In this document: piece after piece, positions 31,501 through 42,478 of the stretch
How positions within the stretch are numbered: the first letter of the stretch is position 1
Layout: the number at the start of each line of letters is the position of its first letter
Origin: an uncultured Verrucomicrobiae bacterium
Lineage (GTDB): Bacteria > Verrucomicrobiota > Verrucomicrobiia > Chthoniobacterales > Xiphinematobacteraceae
Direction: 5' to 3'
DNA length: 64,000 nucleotides
Assembly: GCA_963706715.1 (NCBI GenBank)
Contig: CAVPNI010000001.1
Location: forward strand, 160,001-224,000
Position numbers and translations under genes: made by a program
Notes under the pieces: model-generated
Told to the model about the DNA's origin: nothing
Seen by the model: only the letters and a program-made list of their open reading frames with translations
Databases searched by the model: none

Positions 31501-34500
31501 ACACTTACCGGAACCAATACCTATACCGGTGGCACCACCATTAGCACCGGCACTCTGCAGCTTGGCAACGGGGGCACCACTGGCTCCATTGGAACAGGCA
31601 ATGTGGTTGATAACTCCGTTCTTGTCTTCAACCGCTCAGATGCCGTTACCTTTAGCAGTACTATTTCCGGAACTGGAGCGGTGATCCAAGCCGGAACCGG
31701 AGTAACGATTCTAACGGGCAACAACACCTACACTGGGAACACCACCATTAGCTCCGGCACTCTACAACTGGGCAATGGAGGCGCTACCGGCGTCATTGTA
31801 GGCAATGTGACAGACAATGGAGCTTTAGTTTTCAATCGTTCGAATGCGATTACCTTTTCCGGAACTGTATCTGGCACCGGATCGCTTACGCAGGCCGGAA
31901 CTGGCCAAACGACGCTCACGGGAAACAACACCTATACTGGCGCTACTACCATTAGCTCAGGAACTCTACAACTGGGCAACGGAGGCACCACCGGTTCCGT
32001 TGTGACAACCAGCATCGTAGATAATGGAGCTTTGGTCTTTAACCGCTCGGATGCTGTTACCTTTTCCGGGACTGTTTCAGGCACCGGTTCACTAACTCAA
32101 GCAGGAAGTGGAGTGGCAATACTGACCGGCAATAATACCTACACTGGGGCTACCACAATTAGTTCCGGAACACTGCAATTAGGTAATGGAGGAACTACCG
32201 GATCTGTTGTAACAACCAGCATCGTAGATAATGGAGCCTTAGTCTTTAACCGCTCAGATGCAGTGACATTCTCCGGGACTGTTTCGGGTGCTGGCTCGCT
32301 CACACAGGCAGGAACAGGGCTTCTGACACTTACCGGAACCAATACCTATACCGGTGGCACCACCATTAGCACCGGCACTCTGCAGCTTGGCAACGGGGGC
32401 ACGACTGGCTCCATCGTGAATAACGTGGTGGACAACGGGAACCTTGTTTTCAATCGTTCGGATGCCGTTACCTTTCCCGGTACTATTTCCGGAACTGGTG
32501 CAGTGACCCAAGCGGGAACCGGAGTAACGATTCTTATCGCTAATAACACCTACACCGGCACCACTACCATTAGTTCCGGAACCCTGCAAATCGGCAATGG
32601 AGGAACAAGCGGAGCCATCGTAGGTCCCATAGTCGACAATGCGGATCTCGTCTTCAATCGTTCCGATATCGTCACCGCACCGGGAGATATCACCGGCACT
32701 GGGAACGTCACCCAAGCTGGAAGCGGCAATCTGATCTTTACCGGAAGCAACATGTACACAGGAACCACCACCATTAGCTCGGGTACCCTCTCATTGGGCA
32801 ATGGAGGCACCACCGGCTCTGTCATTGGTCCCATAGTGGACAACTCCGTGCTGGTATTTAACCGTTCGGATGCAAATAACGTCGTACCCAATACCATTTC
32901 CGGAGTCGGATCAGTGATTCAACTCGGAACAGGTTTAACCTCACTGACAGGAACTAACACCTACACAGGGGGTACCACCATTACCTCGGGCACCCTCTCG
33001 CTAGGTAACGGAGGAACCACCGGTTCCATCGTAGGCAATGTGACTGACAATGGAACTTTGTCATTTAATCGTACAGATGTAGTAACATTCTCCGGCACTG
33101 TTTCAGGAGCTGGAAACCTGGCTCATGTGGGAAGCGGAGCTACGATCCTTACTGGCAACAACACCTATACCGGCAACACCACAATTAGCTCTGGTACCTT
33201 ACAACTAGGCGATGGAGGAGCCACAGGATCCATAATAGGCAATGTAGTCGACAATGGAGCTTTGGTATTTGATAGGTCAGATGCGGTGACATTCTCCGGA
33301 ACCATTTCCGGAATCGGAAACATGATCCAAGCGGGTAGTGGCACAACAATTCTTACCGGTAACAACACCTACTCCGGAATCACCGCCATTAGTGCGGGAG
33401 CATTGCAAGTGGGCAACGGGGGAACAACCGGATCTCTTGGAAGCGGCCCAGTGGTAGACAATGCAAATCTGATATTTAACCTTATCAGCTCTACTACCGT
33501 ATCAGGAAACATCTCTGGGAGCGGCGCCTTAACCCAAGCAGGATCGGGCGCGACAACGCTTACAGGAAACAATAACTACACAGGGGGAACGCTTATTAGT
33601 TTGGGTACACTGATTGGGTCTACCTCATCGCTTCAAGGAAGTATTACAAATAACTCCAACTTAGTATTTGCCCAAGCAAGCATCGGAATATTCAGTGGAG
33701 GAATTATGGGGCCGGGGATAGTCACAGTTAATAGCCCGGGTGGTAAAGTCTCCTTTAATACTAATCAGACTTATATCGGCACCACTATCATCCAGGCAGG
33801 AGAGTTATCTGTAAATGCAAGTTTGAGTAGCACGAATGTACTCATTAATACTAGCGGTACTCTCGGTGGCGTGGGGACAATTGCTGGCAATGTTACCAAT
33901 TCAGGAGTCATTAGGCCGGGAACAAATCCTACAAGTCCCGGGCTTCTCTCGATCTCCGGAAATTATGTACAGAATTCTAATGGCACCATGGTGATTGCAA
34001 TAGCAAGTGCAACTTCTTATGACCAACTTGCCATAGGAGGCACGGCGAACCTGGATGGCACATTGGAGGTGGAACTCTTGGGAGGATTTGTACCTAATAC
34101 GAGCTCTGTATTTACTATCTTGACGGCGGCTGGAGGAGTGAGTGGAACTTTCAGCAATATGGATTTTCCGGAAGGCTTTCCGCTACAAATCTTCTACGAT
34201 CCCAATGATGTTCGCTTAGCATTTACAGGCACACCTACACCACTAATACCGCCGTCGCCGTCTGGACCGTCTCCATCCGTCGTCGGTACTAGTGGAAAAG
34301 GAGGAATTAAAGTGGAAGAAATTGTGCAAGAAGCTGTAGTGGCAGCCGAAGAAGTCGGTGAAATTGAATTCTTGCTGGCTTTATTGGGAATCTCCTTCGA
34401 AGAATTAATTCCGGCTATGGCTGGGAATGTTAAGGATATTTTATTTAACGTTATTAATAATCAGTACGGACAGCTTACCACACGAATGGCAGCTATACGA

Positions 34501-35448
34501 TCTGGAGTGAACGAAATTGCCCTGCAAGGATTGAGTCAGGAGCCCATGGCGCAAGCTTTCAGTAAACATCAGACCTACGCTAAACGAGTCATTGCGTACG
34601 GCGCCGAGGTCGATCACTGGGATATCTTTGCATCAGCATCGGGAGTCTTCTCAAAGCTCAACAACGTTGGGGATTTGCCGAGCGCCCGTTCTATTGCAGG
34701 TCTATTTTGCGTGGGAGCTGACAACAATCTCAATCAAAACGTAAGCATCGGAGTTTATACCGGTTACCAAGGACTGAAATCGTGGTATGCAAACGGCTCC
34801 TGGTTAAGGAGTAATGGGGTGAAGTTTGGATTATACGCAACCGCACAATGGGAAGGATTTTATTTAAATGGAATTGTGGGAGGAGGAGCAAATTCCCTCA
34901 ATTTCAGCCGAAACATTAATTTAAGAGATACTCAACTAAGAGCACGCAGTCATCCCTTTGTCGGGGAATTAGATTCTCTCTTAGGAGGAGGATATGAATA
35001 TCGATTGGGTTCGTGGATTTTGGGAGCAAATAATTCCATTCAATATACCTATTTAGGAGGCCCTTCTTTCACGGAATCCGGAGCGGAGAATTTAAATGTG
35101 AGGGTGGATAAAAGAAATGCGAGCTCCTTGGTATATACCCTGGGAGGAAATATTTCTTATCTTTGGGAGCTTGCTCCAAATTGCAAGGTTTTGCCTACCG
35201 CGGGTCTTTCCTGGCAGCACGAGTTTCTCAATTACGGACAGAGAATTGATGCAGCCTTTGCCAACGGAACAGGAACCCCATTTTTCTTCAATAGTCCAAC
35301 GGCGGCTCGGAGTAATGCGTTTGGAATAATCGGGATCACCACACAGATTGGCTCTCACTTAGGGGCTTGGGTTTATTGGACTACGCAATGGGGCGGTGGT
35401 CAAATTTATGCCAATGGATTCCAGGTTGGATTAGGTTACAGCTTCTAA
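28582..35448 (+). CDS. Large type Va autotransporter/adhesin, paralog of 16038-26990
   Basis: Same N-terminus ([14 protein letters not shown]) and repeat type; barrel ending LGYSF; ATG 28582 preferred to TTG 28549. Confidence 0.93.
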   Translation: MIRYPPYLLFLAILISTLVFSGNVHAQATNWTTSGTGDWNNAANWNNGVPTASGTATIASGGTAILSSATGMYNILTVGNVTTGALTVSGGVLTGTTLTTGSLGTGAVTVSGGTYNTTTVTINSTAAFTGAMTLSGGVLSTTSVTAAPVVGATTLTFNGGTLQASASNATFISGFPNGSITLGASGGTIDTNGFSITTANQISGSGFLTTTGTGILTLTGSNTYTGNTTIGTSGTLQLGNGGTTGSIASNLGAVNGSLVFNRSDAGLVIPTSFIFGSGTVIQAGTGLTTLTGTNAYTGLTTISSGTLQLGNGGTTGAITLSNIADSSALVFNRSNSSTFSGTISGTGRVIQAGTGVTILTGANTYSGTTTISSGTLQLGSGGALGTISNSDVTDNGVLVFDHSNSIVYAGKISGTGSLTQGGTGRVILNDTNTYTGGTTISSGTLQIGNGGTGGSLVGNVTNNGVLAFNHSNANTFSGAVSGTGSVLQSGVGATTFTGSNSYTGGTTISAGSLQLGAGGTTGSIVGNVVNNTILFFDRSDAITFTGTISGTGQVNQTGSGLTTFTGNNTYTGNTVIFSGTVQLGNGGTTGSIVGSVGDGTALVFNRSDAVTFSGSIFGAGAVTQAGSGITILTGSNTYAAGTTISSGTLQLGNGGTTGSILNNVVDNGALVFNRSDAVTFSGTVSGAGSVTQAGTGQTILTGNNTYTGVTTISTGTLQLGSGGTTGSIGTGNVVDNSVLVFNRSDAVTFSSTISGTGAVIQAGTGVTILTGNNTYTGNTTISSGTLQLGNGGATGVIVGNVTDNGALVFNRSNAITFSGTVSGTGSLTQAGTGQTTLTGNNTYTGATTISSGTLQLGNGGTTGSVVTTSIVDNGALVFNRSDAVTFSGTVSGTGSLTQAGSGVAILTGNNTYTGATTISSGTLQLGNGGTTGSVVTTSIVDNGALVFNRSDAVTFSGTVSGAGSLTQAGTGLLTLTGTNTYTGGTTISTGTLQLGNGGTTGSIGTGNVVDNSVLVFNRSDAVTFSSTISGTGAVIQAGTGVTILTGNNTYTGNTTISSGTLQLGNGGATGVIVGNVTDNGALVFNRSNAITFSGTVSGTGSLTQAGTGQTTLTGNNTYTGATTISSGTLQLGNGGTTGSVVTTSIVDNGALVFNRSDAVTFSGTVSGTGSLTQAGSGVAILTGNNTYTGATTISSGTLQLGNGGTTGSVVTTSIVDNGALVFNRSDAVTFSGTVSGAGSLTQAGTGLLTLTGTNTYTGGTTISTGTLQLGNGGTTGSIVNNVVDNGNLVFNRSDAVTFPGTISGTGAVTQAGTGVTILIANNTYTGTTTISSGTLQIGNGGTSGAIVGPIVDNADLVFNRSDIVTAPGDITGTGNVTQAGSGNLIFTGSNMYTGTTTISSGTLSLGNGGTTGSVIGPIVDNSVLVFNRSDANNVVPNTISGVGSVIQLGTGLTSLTGTNTYTGGTTITSGTLSLGNGGTTGSIVGNVTDNGTLSFNRTDVVTFSGTVSGAGNLAHVGSGATILTGNNTYTGNTTISSGTLQLGDGGATGSIIGNVVDNGALVFDRSDAVTFSGTISGIGNMIQAGSGTTILTGNNTYSGITAISAGALQVGNGGTTGSLGSGPVVDNANLIFNLISSTTVSGNISGSGALTQAGSGATTLTGNNNYTGGTLISLGTLIGSTSSLQGSITNNSNLVFAQASIGIFSGGIMGPGIVTVNSPGGKVSFNTNQTYIGTTIIQAGELSVNASLSSTNVLINTSGTLGGVGTIAGNVTNSGVIRPGTNPTSPGLLSISGNYVQNSNGTMVIAIASATSYDQLAIGGTANLDGTLEVELLGGFVPNTSSVFTILTAAGGVSGTFSNMDFPEGFPLQIFYDPNDVRLAFTGTPTPLIPPSPSGPSPSVVGTSGKGGIKVEEIVQEAVVAAEEVGEIEFLLALLGISFEELIPAMAGNVKDILFNVINNQYGQLTTRMAAIRSGVNEIALQGLSQEPMAQAFSKHQTYAKRVIAYGAEVDHWDIFASASGVFSKLNNVGDLPSARSIAGLFCVGADNNLNQNVSIGVYTGYQGLKSWYANGSWLRSNGVKFGLYATAQWEGFYLNGIVGGGANSLNFSRNINLRDTQLRARSHPFVGELDSLLGGGYEYRLGSWILGANNSIQYTYLGGPSFTESGAENLNVRVDKRNASSLVYTLGGNISYLWELAPNCKVLPTAGLSWQHEFLNYGQRIDAAFANGTGTPFFFNSPTAARSNAFGIIGITTQIGSHLGAWVYWTTQWGGGQIYANGFQVGLGYSF

Positions 35449-35484
35449 GATTCCACTCAAAGCAAATGTATCCGTCTAGCTATC

Positions 35485-35653
35485 CTTGTAATTACCCACA
35501 AGTCGGATTCAGTTCAAAGCCGATTTGAATATCAATGAGCCTACGAAGGCCTCGCCAGATGACGGTGTTTCCGGGGGGTGGATCTTTGGCACGAGCTAAG
35601 TATCCTCCTAAACGAGCGAGTTTGAAGAGGTAGCGCGCAAGTGAAGTTTTTTT
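35485..35653 (-). pseudogene. IS4-family (IS50/Tn5-like) transposase C-terminal remnant
   Basis: Minus frame LARYLFKLARLGGYLARAKDPPPGNTVIWRGLRRL...TCG*; truncated at the IS66 end. Confidence 0.8.
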
Positions 35654-35674
35654 GTAACTATTCAGCCATACCTA

Positions 35675-35885
35675 GAGCTTGTCCTGAAACCGTAGAAGCA
35701 GCAATGAAGCCGATCCAGAGGCAAAAAATTTTGCGAAAAAGACAGAAAAACGCCATTTTCCCCAAAATCAGGCATTTATAATTTTGGCATTACTGAAAAA
35801 CAACCGAATCAATGGATAAAAATAGAGGGATTCAACAGAGTAAAAAGACTTTCCCGGGCAATTTTGCCGTTTTCAGGACAAGCTC
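35675..35885. mobile_element. MITE (211 bp) derived from the IS701-like element, inserted in the IS66 3' end
   Basis: TIR GAGCTTGTCCTGAAA / TTTCAGGACAAGCTC; TACCTA repeated on both sides; body homologous to about 13370-13537. Confidence 0.85.
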
Positions 35886-37304
35886 TACCTAGGTTGAAGT
35901 ATGGAAGCACGAAAAGACTGAATCAGAGAGTGAAAGACATTGGCGCCCTGCTTATACATGGTAGCCAAGTATGATCGGAGCGTGCAGAAGATGTCGGCCC
36001 CCTTTTGAGTACGAAAGCAACTTGAGATTTTTTGTTTTACCTTGGGCATGCGTATGGCTTGCTCAGCAATGTTATTAGTGAATGGAACTTGTGGGTTGGT
36101 AATAAATCTCCATACCTCATCGCGATAGAGACGCAGCCTGTCGATCAAGTTGGCTGCTTTGTTCTGTTTAACCCGACCACGCTTGCCCTTAACTGGAGGA
36201 TTTCTTGGATTGATTAGGTCACCTACTTCAAGCAGTGTATGGAAGAAATCCCGCAGATGTGCCACTTTCTCTGGTGGCAGACTTGTGTGTTGCTTCACTT
36301 GATTATTGGCATGCACCAAGAGCTCAATCATCTCTCCTGCCCAGTCCTGTTCCAGCTCTTCGTAGAGGTAGGTGAGCTCACGCAAGTGATGGGCATTGCA
36401 CAATCCGTGATTACAATCTAGCGCGTGATAGGGGCTCCACCCGTCATTGAACTAGGGTGCCCTTAAATTGGGGTAGCACTCCCAGATCCTCAAATGCTGA
36501 GGCTCCACGCTGGGTATGCATTGCCATCCAGGTTAAATTTCCAGTGACTGCCACATGCATCCAGTGCAATTTTTTGTTCACACGCAAACCGGTCTCGTCA
36601 GCATGTACTACAGCAGAATTTTGCACAGCCTGAGCGATAGCTTTAACGGTAGTAGTCAAGCGCTGCGCCGCTTTGGCACAAGCTTGCTGCACAGTAGCTG
36701 AGCAAACAGGTTGCCCCAACATCTCTCCCATCAGTTGGGCTGTGCGCTTGGCCGGCAACATGTGTTGATGGCTCAGATACACCATCATGGCTTGAGCTAC
36801 TGCACCATATTGCACTGTGTTTGTGACATCGCTTGTAAACTCCGCCATGTACTCTTTTCCACAAGAACACACTGCTTCTTCTACCCGATGTTCGGTGACT
36901 TTCAAACGTGGCTCAGGCAAATCAAAAACTTGGCGAGAAATCTCACGTAGTTTGGGATTCAATTTCCTTTGGCATACTTCACAAACCCTGGGCACCTCAT
37001 GAACAATGACTTCATCGGGTTCTTCCACTTGTCTCAAGGTAATACCAGGATGTCCTTTTTGCCCTCCGCAAGGACGCTGTCCCACTGGACGCAAAGATTT
37101 GGGTTTGGGTTTATTCAACCCGTCACTTGAGGGTGGTTTGCTGGAATTGCGACTGTTTAATGAAAGCTTGCCTTCCAGTTCCTTCACCCGTGCAACTAGT
37201 CTCTCTATTTGCCGTCCCTGCTCTTGCACCACTGCCCATAGCCGTATAATTAGTGCATCTTTTTCTTCGTCGCTGAGTCGCTTTAAATCCGGGAGCTTTT
37301 CCAT
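35885..37304 (-). pseudogene. IS66 transposase TnpC, frameshifted
   Basis: NSRNSSKPPSSD, GGQKGHPG, HADETG, CNAHHLREL, FTNNIAEQ; one extra A near 36447 breaks LVH-DGWSPY. Confidence 0.9.
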
Positions 37305-37518
37305 TCCAGTTTCTTTTTATACCAAAATTCCAGCTTTGCCTGAAACAATTTTACTCAAAAAGATCTGATCTTTTTATGCTTTCCTTCTTTATCCTTCACC
37401 TGATGGCTGAATAGTTACCCATCTATTTAAGATAACCAGACTGATGTTCTTCGCTCCTACTTCTTAAAAACAGGCCAATTATCCATAAGAGATGGTATGA
37501 GTAGTACGAAGAAGGAAA

Positions 37519-38595
37519 CTAAATTGTTTCAAAATCCACCCACCGGACCAGAGGAGAGAGTACAGGCGAGCCATCTTGATGCCAATCTGCTGGTGGAAAC
37601 TGCATTTTCCCAAGAGGACAGACCCGGGAAGCTCCTAAGCGGACTGCAATTTGCGCATACTTTGCTTTAGCGGGCCAAATTCCAGCTCCCGAGATCCACG
37701 GACGGATCTTGGCGAAGGCTGCGATTGGCTTTTCGGGAAGTGGTTTGACAAAAACTGCGCGGCCTAGAGGAGAAATACGAAACTCAGGATTTGGATCATA
37801 AACGACGGTCCAATCACTGGATTTTTCACTCATCCAAATCTTCACACTTGGATGCAGCGACTGTAGAAATTCAAAGTATTGCCGTTCCGCAAAGATTGCG
37901 GCAGCTTCAGATGTACTGTGTGGTTCACAGCCTACTTTGCAAAGTTTTTGCAAGGCATTTGCCAGCCGATGAGCATATTCATCAGCAGGAAGAGGAGATG
38001 CAACGTAGAGGGCATGCGGCGACAAACAGCCTCTTTGATCATAAAGAAAAACGTCCATTGCCGCGGATTCGACAGACGAGTAATCGGAATCCTCAAAAAT
38101 AATACCGAGGCTAACCCGGTGTCCGTGCGGCAAAAAAATCCGATCGGCTGGAATCTTCTTTCGCAAGGCCGCTATAATTTCATCCGATCCAAACGCAATT
38201 ACGGCTTCAGCATTTTCCAACCAAGAATCTTCCAGGCGCCGAGAGAGGCAAAGTCGACTCGCAAGAGCAGACGGAAGCAGTCGAATGAATTCTTCCGCTT
38301 CAGGCAAGCCATTCGTAGGAATTTTTATGTAATTGTGGCAACCCGCCAACAGAAGCCCACGGACTAAGCTTTGGAGCGCAGCGTGAGGGGTATTGCCACT
38401 GACAATATGAAGAATGGAACGGACGGGAATGGCTTGGGCCAAGCGCGTGCCATAGGGACGAAAGCCGTCCAAAATTTCCGCGTGTCCCAATTCACGTTCT
38501 ATAAGACCAAGAAGCGAAGAGGCATCCCAACCACTAAGACATGGAAAATGACGGATCACTTTTTCCAGTTCGCTAGCGGTTTCGGCAGTTGTCAT
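37519..38595 (-). CDS. LuxC-like acyl-CoA reductase
   Basis: HIVSGNTP, AFGSDE, YDQRGCLSP, GKMQFPP..WHQDG; downstream of a LuxE-like gene. Confidence 0.8.
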   Translation of the reverse strand: MTTAETASELEKVIRHFPCLSGWDASSLLGLIERELGHAEILDGFRPYGTRLAQAIPVRSILHIVSGNTPHAALQSLVRGLLLAGCHNYIKIPTNGLPEAEEFIRLLPSALASRLCLSRRLEDSWLENAEAVIAFGSDEIIAALRKKIPADRIFLPHGHRVSLGIIFEDSDYSSVESAAMDVFLYDQRGCLSPHALYVASPLPADEYAHRLANALQKLCKVGCEPHSTSEAAAIFAERQYFEFLQSLHPSVKIWMSEKSSDWTVVYDPNPEFRISPLGRAVFVKPLPEKPIAAFAKIRPWISGAGIWPAKAKYAQIAVRLGASRVCPLGKMQFPPADWHQDGSPVLSPLVRWVDFETI

Positions 38596-38625
38596 TGCTC
38601 ACGTGTTGCGAACTGGTAACTAACG

Positions 38626-39678
38626 TTACGCACTTTTAGGAGCTCTGGGAGCAAAAAAACCATTTTGACCAACAAGTTTCTCTTTTTGCGTAACATCACC
38701 TGTTAATGAACAGCCACGCGGAAGTGCGGCTGGATCACGCCCCAGCAGTTCAAATCCCTCTTCCCGCCGAATAGCAAGGTCCCGGGTTTGAATGACACAA
38801 GCGGAACCCAGATTAGCAAGGTCAAAAAGCCGTAGGAGTCCGGTCCTACCAACGGAACATTCCCGATTGGTCTCGGGATCGATGACCAGCGCGCGAGCCC
38901 AGGGAGGTGTTTGATGAGGCGTCCGGACACCTCTCGCATAAAATTGAGAGGACAGTTCTGTCATTCCATATTCGTTGACCACGCATGCTGCATTCAAACC
39001 AAAGTGGCGTTCGAAAAGTTGATAGAGGTCGGCTTTGGAAATTGTACGTTGAGAGCCTTTGTATCCTCCGGTTTCCACAGCAAGGCTCCCGGCAGGTAAC
39101 TTCAATGGGGGAAACCTCTCGAAGTAATCTAAAAAAGCCAACGCTGTCCCAAAAATAATCACCGGTGAATCGCCAATCATTTCAGGTATGCGCTCCGGCT
39201 TGTCCAAAACAAAATTTTTCTCTGGCGTCAACCAAGTTGCCATTTGTGCGAGCGATGAGTGTGGTGCACTGCTGGGGTGCGGCAGCAGAGCGATGATGGG
39301 AATCCCAGCTAATCCGGCGCGATGCCAACCTTCGCAAACAGCCTGCTCGTAAAGAGTCAACGAACGGAACCAATGTTTTCCTGTTCCCGCCGTGGTTGTC
39401 CCGCTGGTGTAAAAGACTCGCATGCTCGCGCTTTCCGGAAACGTCGCGATGCGAAATTCTTTGAATGCCTCCTGGGGAATGGCCGGAATTGCTTGCCAAG
39501 ATTTTGGTGACAACTTGCTCAGAGGAGCAATGACCGGGTCGTAGGTAGCCTGAAAGACATGAACCTCGAAGATCAGGGTTTCAAACGACTCCTCACTTTG
39601 ACCTTGGATAAACCGCAAAATGCGGTCCTCCAAGTGGGAATATTGTACAGATTCCTCAGCCGATCCTAGTGAATTCAT
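38626..39678 (-). CDS. LuxE-like acyl-protein synthetase
   Basis: YTSGTT, ETGGYKG, NEYGMTELSSQ, FDLAN, LLGR...RGC. Confidence 0.82.
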   Translation of the reverse strand: MNSLGSAEESVQYSHLEDRILRFIQGQSEESFETLIFEVHVFQATYDPVIAPLSKLSPKSWQAIPAIPQEAFKEFRIATFPESASMRVFYTSGTTTAGTGKHWFRSLTLYEQAVCEGWHRAGLAGIPIIALLPHPSSAPHSSLAQMATWLTPEKNFVLDKPERIPEMIGDSPVIIFGTALAFLDYFERFPPLKLPAGSLAVETGGYKGSQRTISKADLYQLFERHFGLNAACVVNEYGMTELSSQFYARGVRTPHQTPPWARALVIDPETNRECSVGRTGLLRLFDLANLGSACVIQTRDLAIRREEGFELLGRDPAALPRGCSLTGDVTQKEKLVGQNGFFAPRAPKSA

Positions 39679-39744
39679 TACAAGTTTGTGGGCATCTGTT
39701 CATGTTGCTCAAGGAAAATCTCGTTTAAATTTCCCCAGTCCTAA

Positions 39745-42477
39745 TTGACCATGAATATCGCGGATTGGAAAAAGAAAGTAGTGGGAAAAGAAGCAAAATT
39801 TTTTCTGCTGATTTTTCTGGGAATTTGTGGATTCAGTGCTTGGGAAAGTTCCAAAGGAGAAGGCGAGGGACGAACCGCTGAAGAACTGATCCGGGATGGC
39901 GATCGGGCACTGGCGGCTGGGAATTGGGGAGATGCTGCGGCCTGCTATGAACAATTTCTTAGGGATTTTGCATCGGCAGCCATTCCTTTGATGGACCGTA
40001 TCCGCTATGCTATCGCCCGGTGTTACATTGAAAAACGGGATTTTTCCTTGGCTTTACCTGCGATTCAGAAGGCAATGGAATGCTCTTCAAAAGAGCCAAC
40101 ATATCGAAATGCCCAAAATCGGAATCTGTTATTGTGGAAAGGCATTGCGCAGCTTGAAACCGGGTCGGCACGAGAGGCCGCCGACACCTTCGCTGACTTC
40201 TTGAGGCTCCCCGCTGGTAAGGAAGGCGAACAACCGTGCGAAATCGTGTTGCTGCGCGCAACCGCCTTAATTCAGGCAAAATGTGCGCTTGAGGCAGCAA
40301 AATGGCTCCGGGAACAGAGTACTCCCTCCGTTTCGAAGGATTGCCGTAAACAAATGTGCCTGTTGCGAATTGAAGCCTTAATTGCTGCGGGAGATCCTGC
40401 TGCTGCCTTGGAAACACTCCTGGAAGAAAGCAATCATTTCGCCCTGATCAGATCGCAACTCTTGGCGGTAACGCTCGCTCAAAACCTGATGCAGCGGAGT
40501 CCAAAACCAGATCTGCTCCTCCGCGCCTTGAGCATCATTTTTCCTCGGGATGAAATTCTACGGAGGCATCAGATGGAAATAGAAAAAAACCGCCTATTCT
40601 CCGGAAACAAAAATGACCTCTTAGAGCGGCGACGAAAGCCGTCTTTGCTCGGAGATTTAAGCGAGTTCGAAAAATTCCAAAATTGGGATGATTCCATTTT
40701 ACTGCTGAGAGCCAATGCATTTCTTGAGTTACACCGGTACCGGGAAGCCGCATTGGCATTGGAAGCTTTGCAAAAACCCAGCGTTAATGAATTTGTCACT
40801 GCCCTCCGTTGTTGGCTGTTAATAGAAAATCCACAACGCTGCCTGGATCTGATCCAAAAATGGAACAATCAATTTCCAGAATCTCCTCAATTAGCTCTCA
40901 GTCGGATTTTGGAAGGGACCGCTTATCTGATGTTGGAGAATTTTGAAGCAGCCATTCAATCCTTTCGTTCCATTCAAAACGGCGAATTTTTGGAAAGCGC
41001 CCAAGTTCAGGAAATCAAAGCTCTCCTTTTAGCGCATCACGATAATGAGGCTTTGGAGAAGATATCAAGATTTAGCAGTTCGAATACCTTGCTTCAAGAG
41101 GAGGTACTGTATCTGCGGGGAGTGACGCTTTCCAATCAGGAAGAATACAATGCTTGCCGTGAGGCCATGAGCGACCTCATTCGGCATTTTCCTAAGGGAG
41201 AAAGAATCCCGGAGGCACATTTCCTCCGTGCAAGCGCTGCTCATCGCAAGATGGATTTTTCGACCGCCATTACTGAATTGCGGGAAGTGCTTCGACGGTT
41301 TCCGGGCTCCAAAGATGAAGCTGAGGCACTTCTCCTCCTAGGAGATGCCTTGTTGGATCAAAAACAAATCGCAGAAGGTATCGCTGCTTACCGAAAAATC
41401 TCCTGCTCCTCCATCAACCTCCACGAAATTGCGATTTTTCGTCTCGGAAAGGTTTTAAAAAAATTAGGCAAACTGGAGGAACTAAAAAAAGAAATGGAAC
41501 ACTTCCGGAACACTCATCCGGAAAGTAGCCGCTTAGTGGAAGCGATGAGGGAAATTGGCTGGGTCTATCGCGAGAAAAAAGAACCCCACTTGGCACTCCA
41601 GCTTTATTGGGACACCTTGGAAAAACAAGGCGATAACCCCAATGCCGGCGGGGTGGAATCACTAATTGAGGATCTACAAAAATTCCACGTCGATGAAGCG
41701 CAATTGGAAACCTACCAAAAGCGAGCCCGTCAAATTCGCAACCAAGCCGCCGCGAAACAAAGCACTTTAGCTCTCCGTATGCTTTGGGCCGAAAGTCGCT
41801 TATTAAAAGATCCCATACAAAAAGCCCAATTCATTTCGAATTCTATTCAGGGCGAAGATTTTCAACAGATCAGCCCCCGGATCTTGTGTGATTTTGCGGA
41901 TTCATTATGGGCTGTAAAAAATCCGGATCAACCATCTGAACTTTATCGATCCGTTTTAAAATGGCATCCTGCCGCAGAAGAGCGCGACCGCGCACTCGCG
42001 GGTTTGGCGCGCATTGCTCACAAAACCGGACGCTCGGAAAAATCCCTTTCCTACTGGAAACAACTGCGCCAGCAAATCCCTGAATCGCCATTCGTTCCAG
42101 AGGCCACACTCGCCGAATCCTTAGAACTCATGAAATCAGGGAAAAATTACAGCGAGGCAACCGCGGGATTTCAGCAAGTCATTCGTCACGATCTTGCGAC
42201 TCGATCACAAAAAGTGGAAGCACTCTATCGACTTGGAGAAATCCAAATGAACCTGCGACAACCGGCCTTAGCCGTGCCCTATTTTCAGAGAATTTATATT
42301 GCTTATGGCGCCGAGAAAAAATGGGTAGCCCAGGCTTATCTGCAAAGTGCCACAGCCTTTGAAATACTCGGAGATACTCAAAGTATGCAGCGAACCTATC
42401 AGGAAATAATAACACGAGAGGATTTAAAGGAATTGCCGGAATGGAATGAAGCTAAATTAAAACTAGGAGCTTATTAA
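39745..42477 (+). CDS. Tetratricopeptide-repeat protein with N-terminal anchor
   Basis: Repeated TPR-like helices ending in FP/HP turns; AVPYFQRIYIAY; upstream of exbB/exbD. Confidence 0.8.
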   Translation: MTMNIADWKKKVVGKEAKFFLLIFLGICGFSAWESSKGEGEGRTAEELIRDGDRALAAGNWGDAAACYEQFLRDFASAAIPLMDRIRYAIARCYIEKRDFSLALPAIQKAMECSSKEPTYRNAQNRNLLLWKGIAQLETGSAREAADTFADFLRLPAGKEGEQPCEIVLLRATALIQAKCALEAAKWLREQSTPSVSKDCRKQMCLLRIEALIAAGDPAAALETLLEESNHFALIRSQLLAVTLAQNLMQRSPKPDLLLRALSIIFPRDEILRRHQMEIEKNRLFSGNKNDLLERRRKPSLLGDLSEFEKFQNWDDSILLLRANAFLELHRYREAALALEALQKPSVNEFVTALRCWLLIENPQRCLDLIQKWNNQFPESPQLALSRILEGTAYLMLENFEAAIQSFRSIQNGEFLESAQVQEIKALLLAHHDNEALEKISRFSSSNTLLQEEVLYLRGVTLSNQEEYNACREAMSDLIRHFPKGERIPEAHFLRASAAHRKMDFSTAITELREVLRRFPGSKDEAEALLLLGDALLDQKQIAEGIAAYRKISCSSINLHEIAIFRLGKVLKKLGKLEELKKEMEHFRNTHPESSRLVEAMREIGWVYREKKEPHLALQLYWDTLEKQGDNPNAGGVESLIEDLQKFHVDEAQLETYQKRARQIRNQAAAKQSTLALRMLWAESRLLKDPIQKAQFISNSIQGEDFQQISPRILCDFADSLWAVKNPDQPSELYRSVLKWHPAAEERDRALAGLARIAHKTGRSEKSLSYWKQLRQQIPESPFVPEATLAESLELMKSGKNYSEATAGFQQVIRHDLATRSQKVEALYRLGEIQMNLRQPALAVPYFQRIYIAYGAEKKWVAQAYLQSATAFEILGDTQSMQRTYQEIITREDLKELPEWNEAKLKLGAY

Positions 42478-42478
42478 C

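Larger units (their letters stand above)
35654..37418 (-). mobile_element. IS66-family element (single transposase gene), inactivated
   Basis: IRs GTAACTATTCAGCC / GGCTGAATAGTTAC; no flanking duplication visible. Confidence 0.9.

Noticed and set aside
16112..33572. Many 60-135 aa minus-strand ORFs with 204/207-bp periodicity
   Set aside because: Antisense shadows of the autotransporter repeats; the TAC/TAT codons generate the periodic stops.
37519..39678. Bioluminescence operon
   Set aside because: No luxA, luxB, luxD or luxG in the window.
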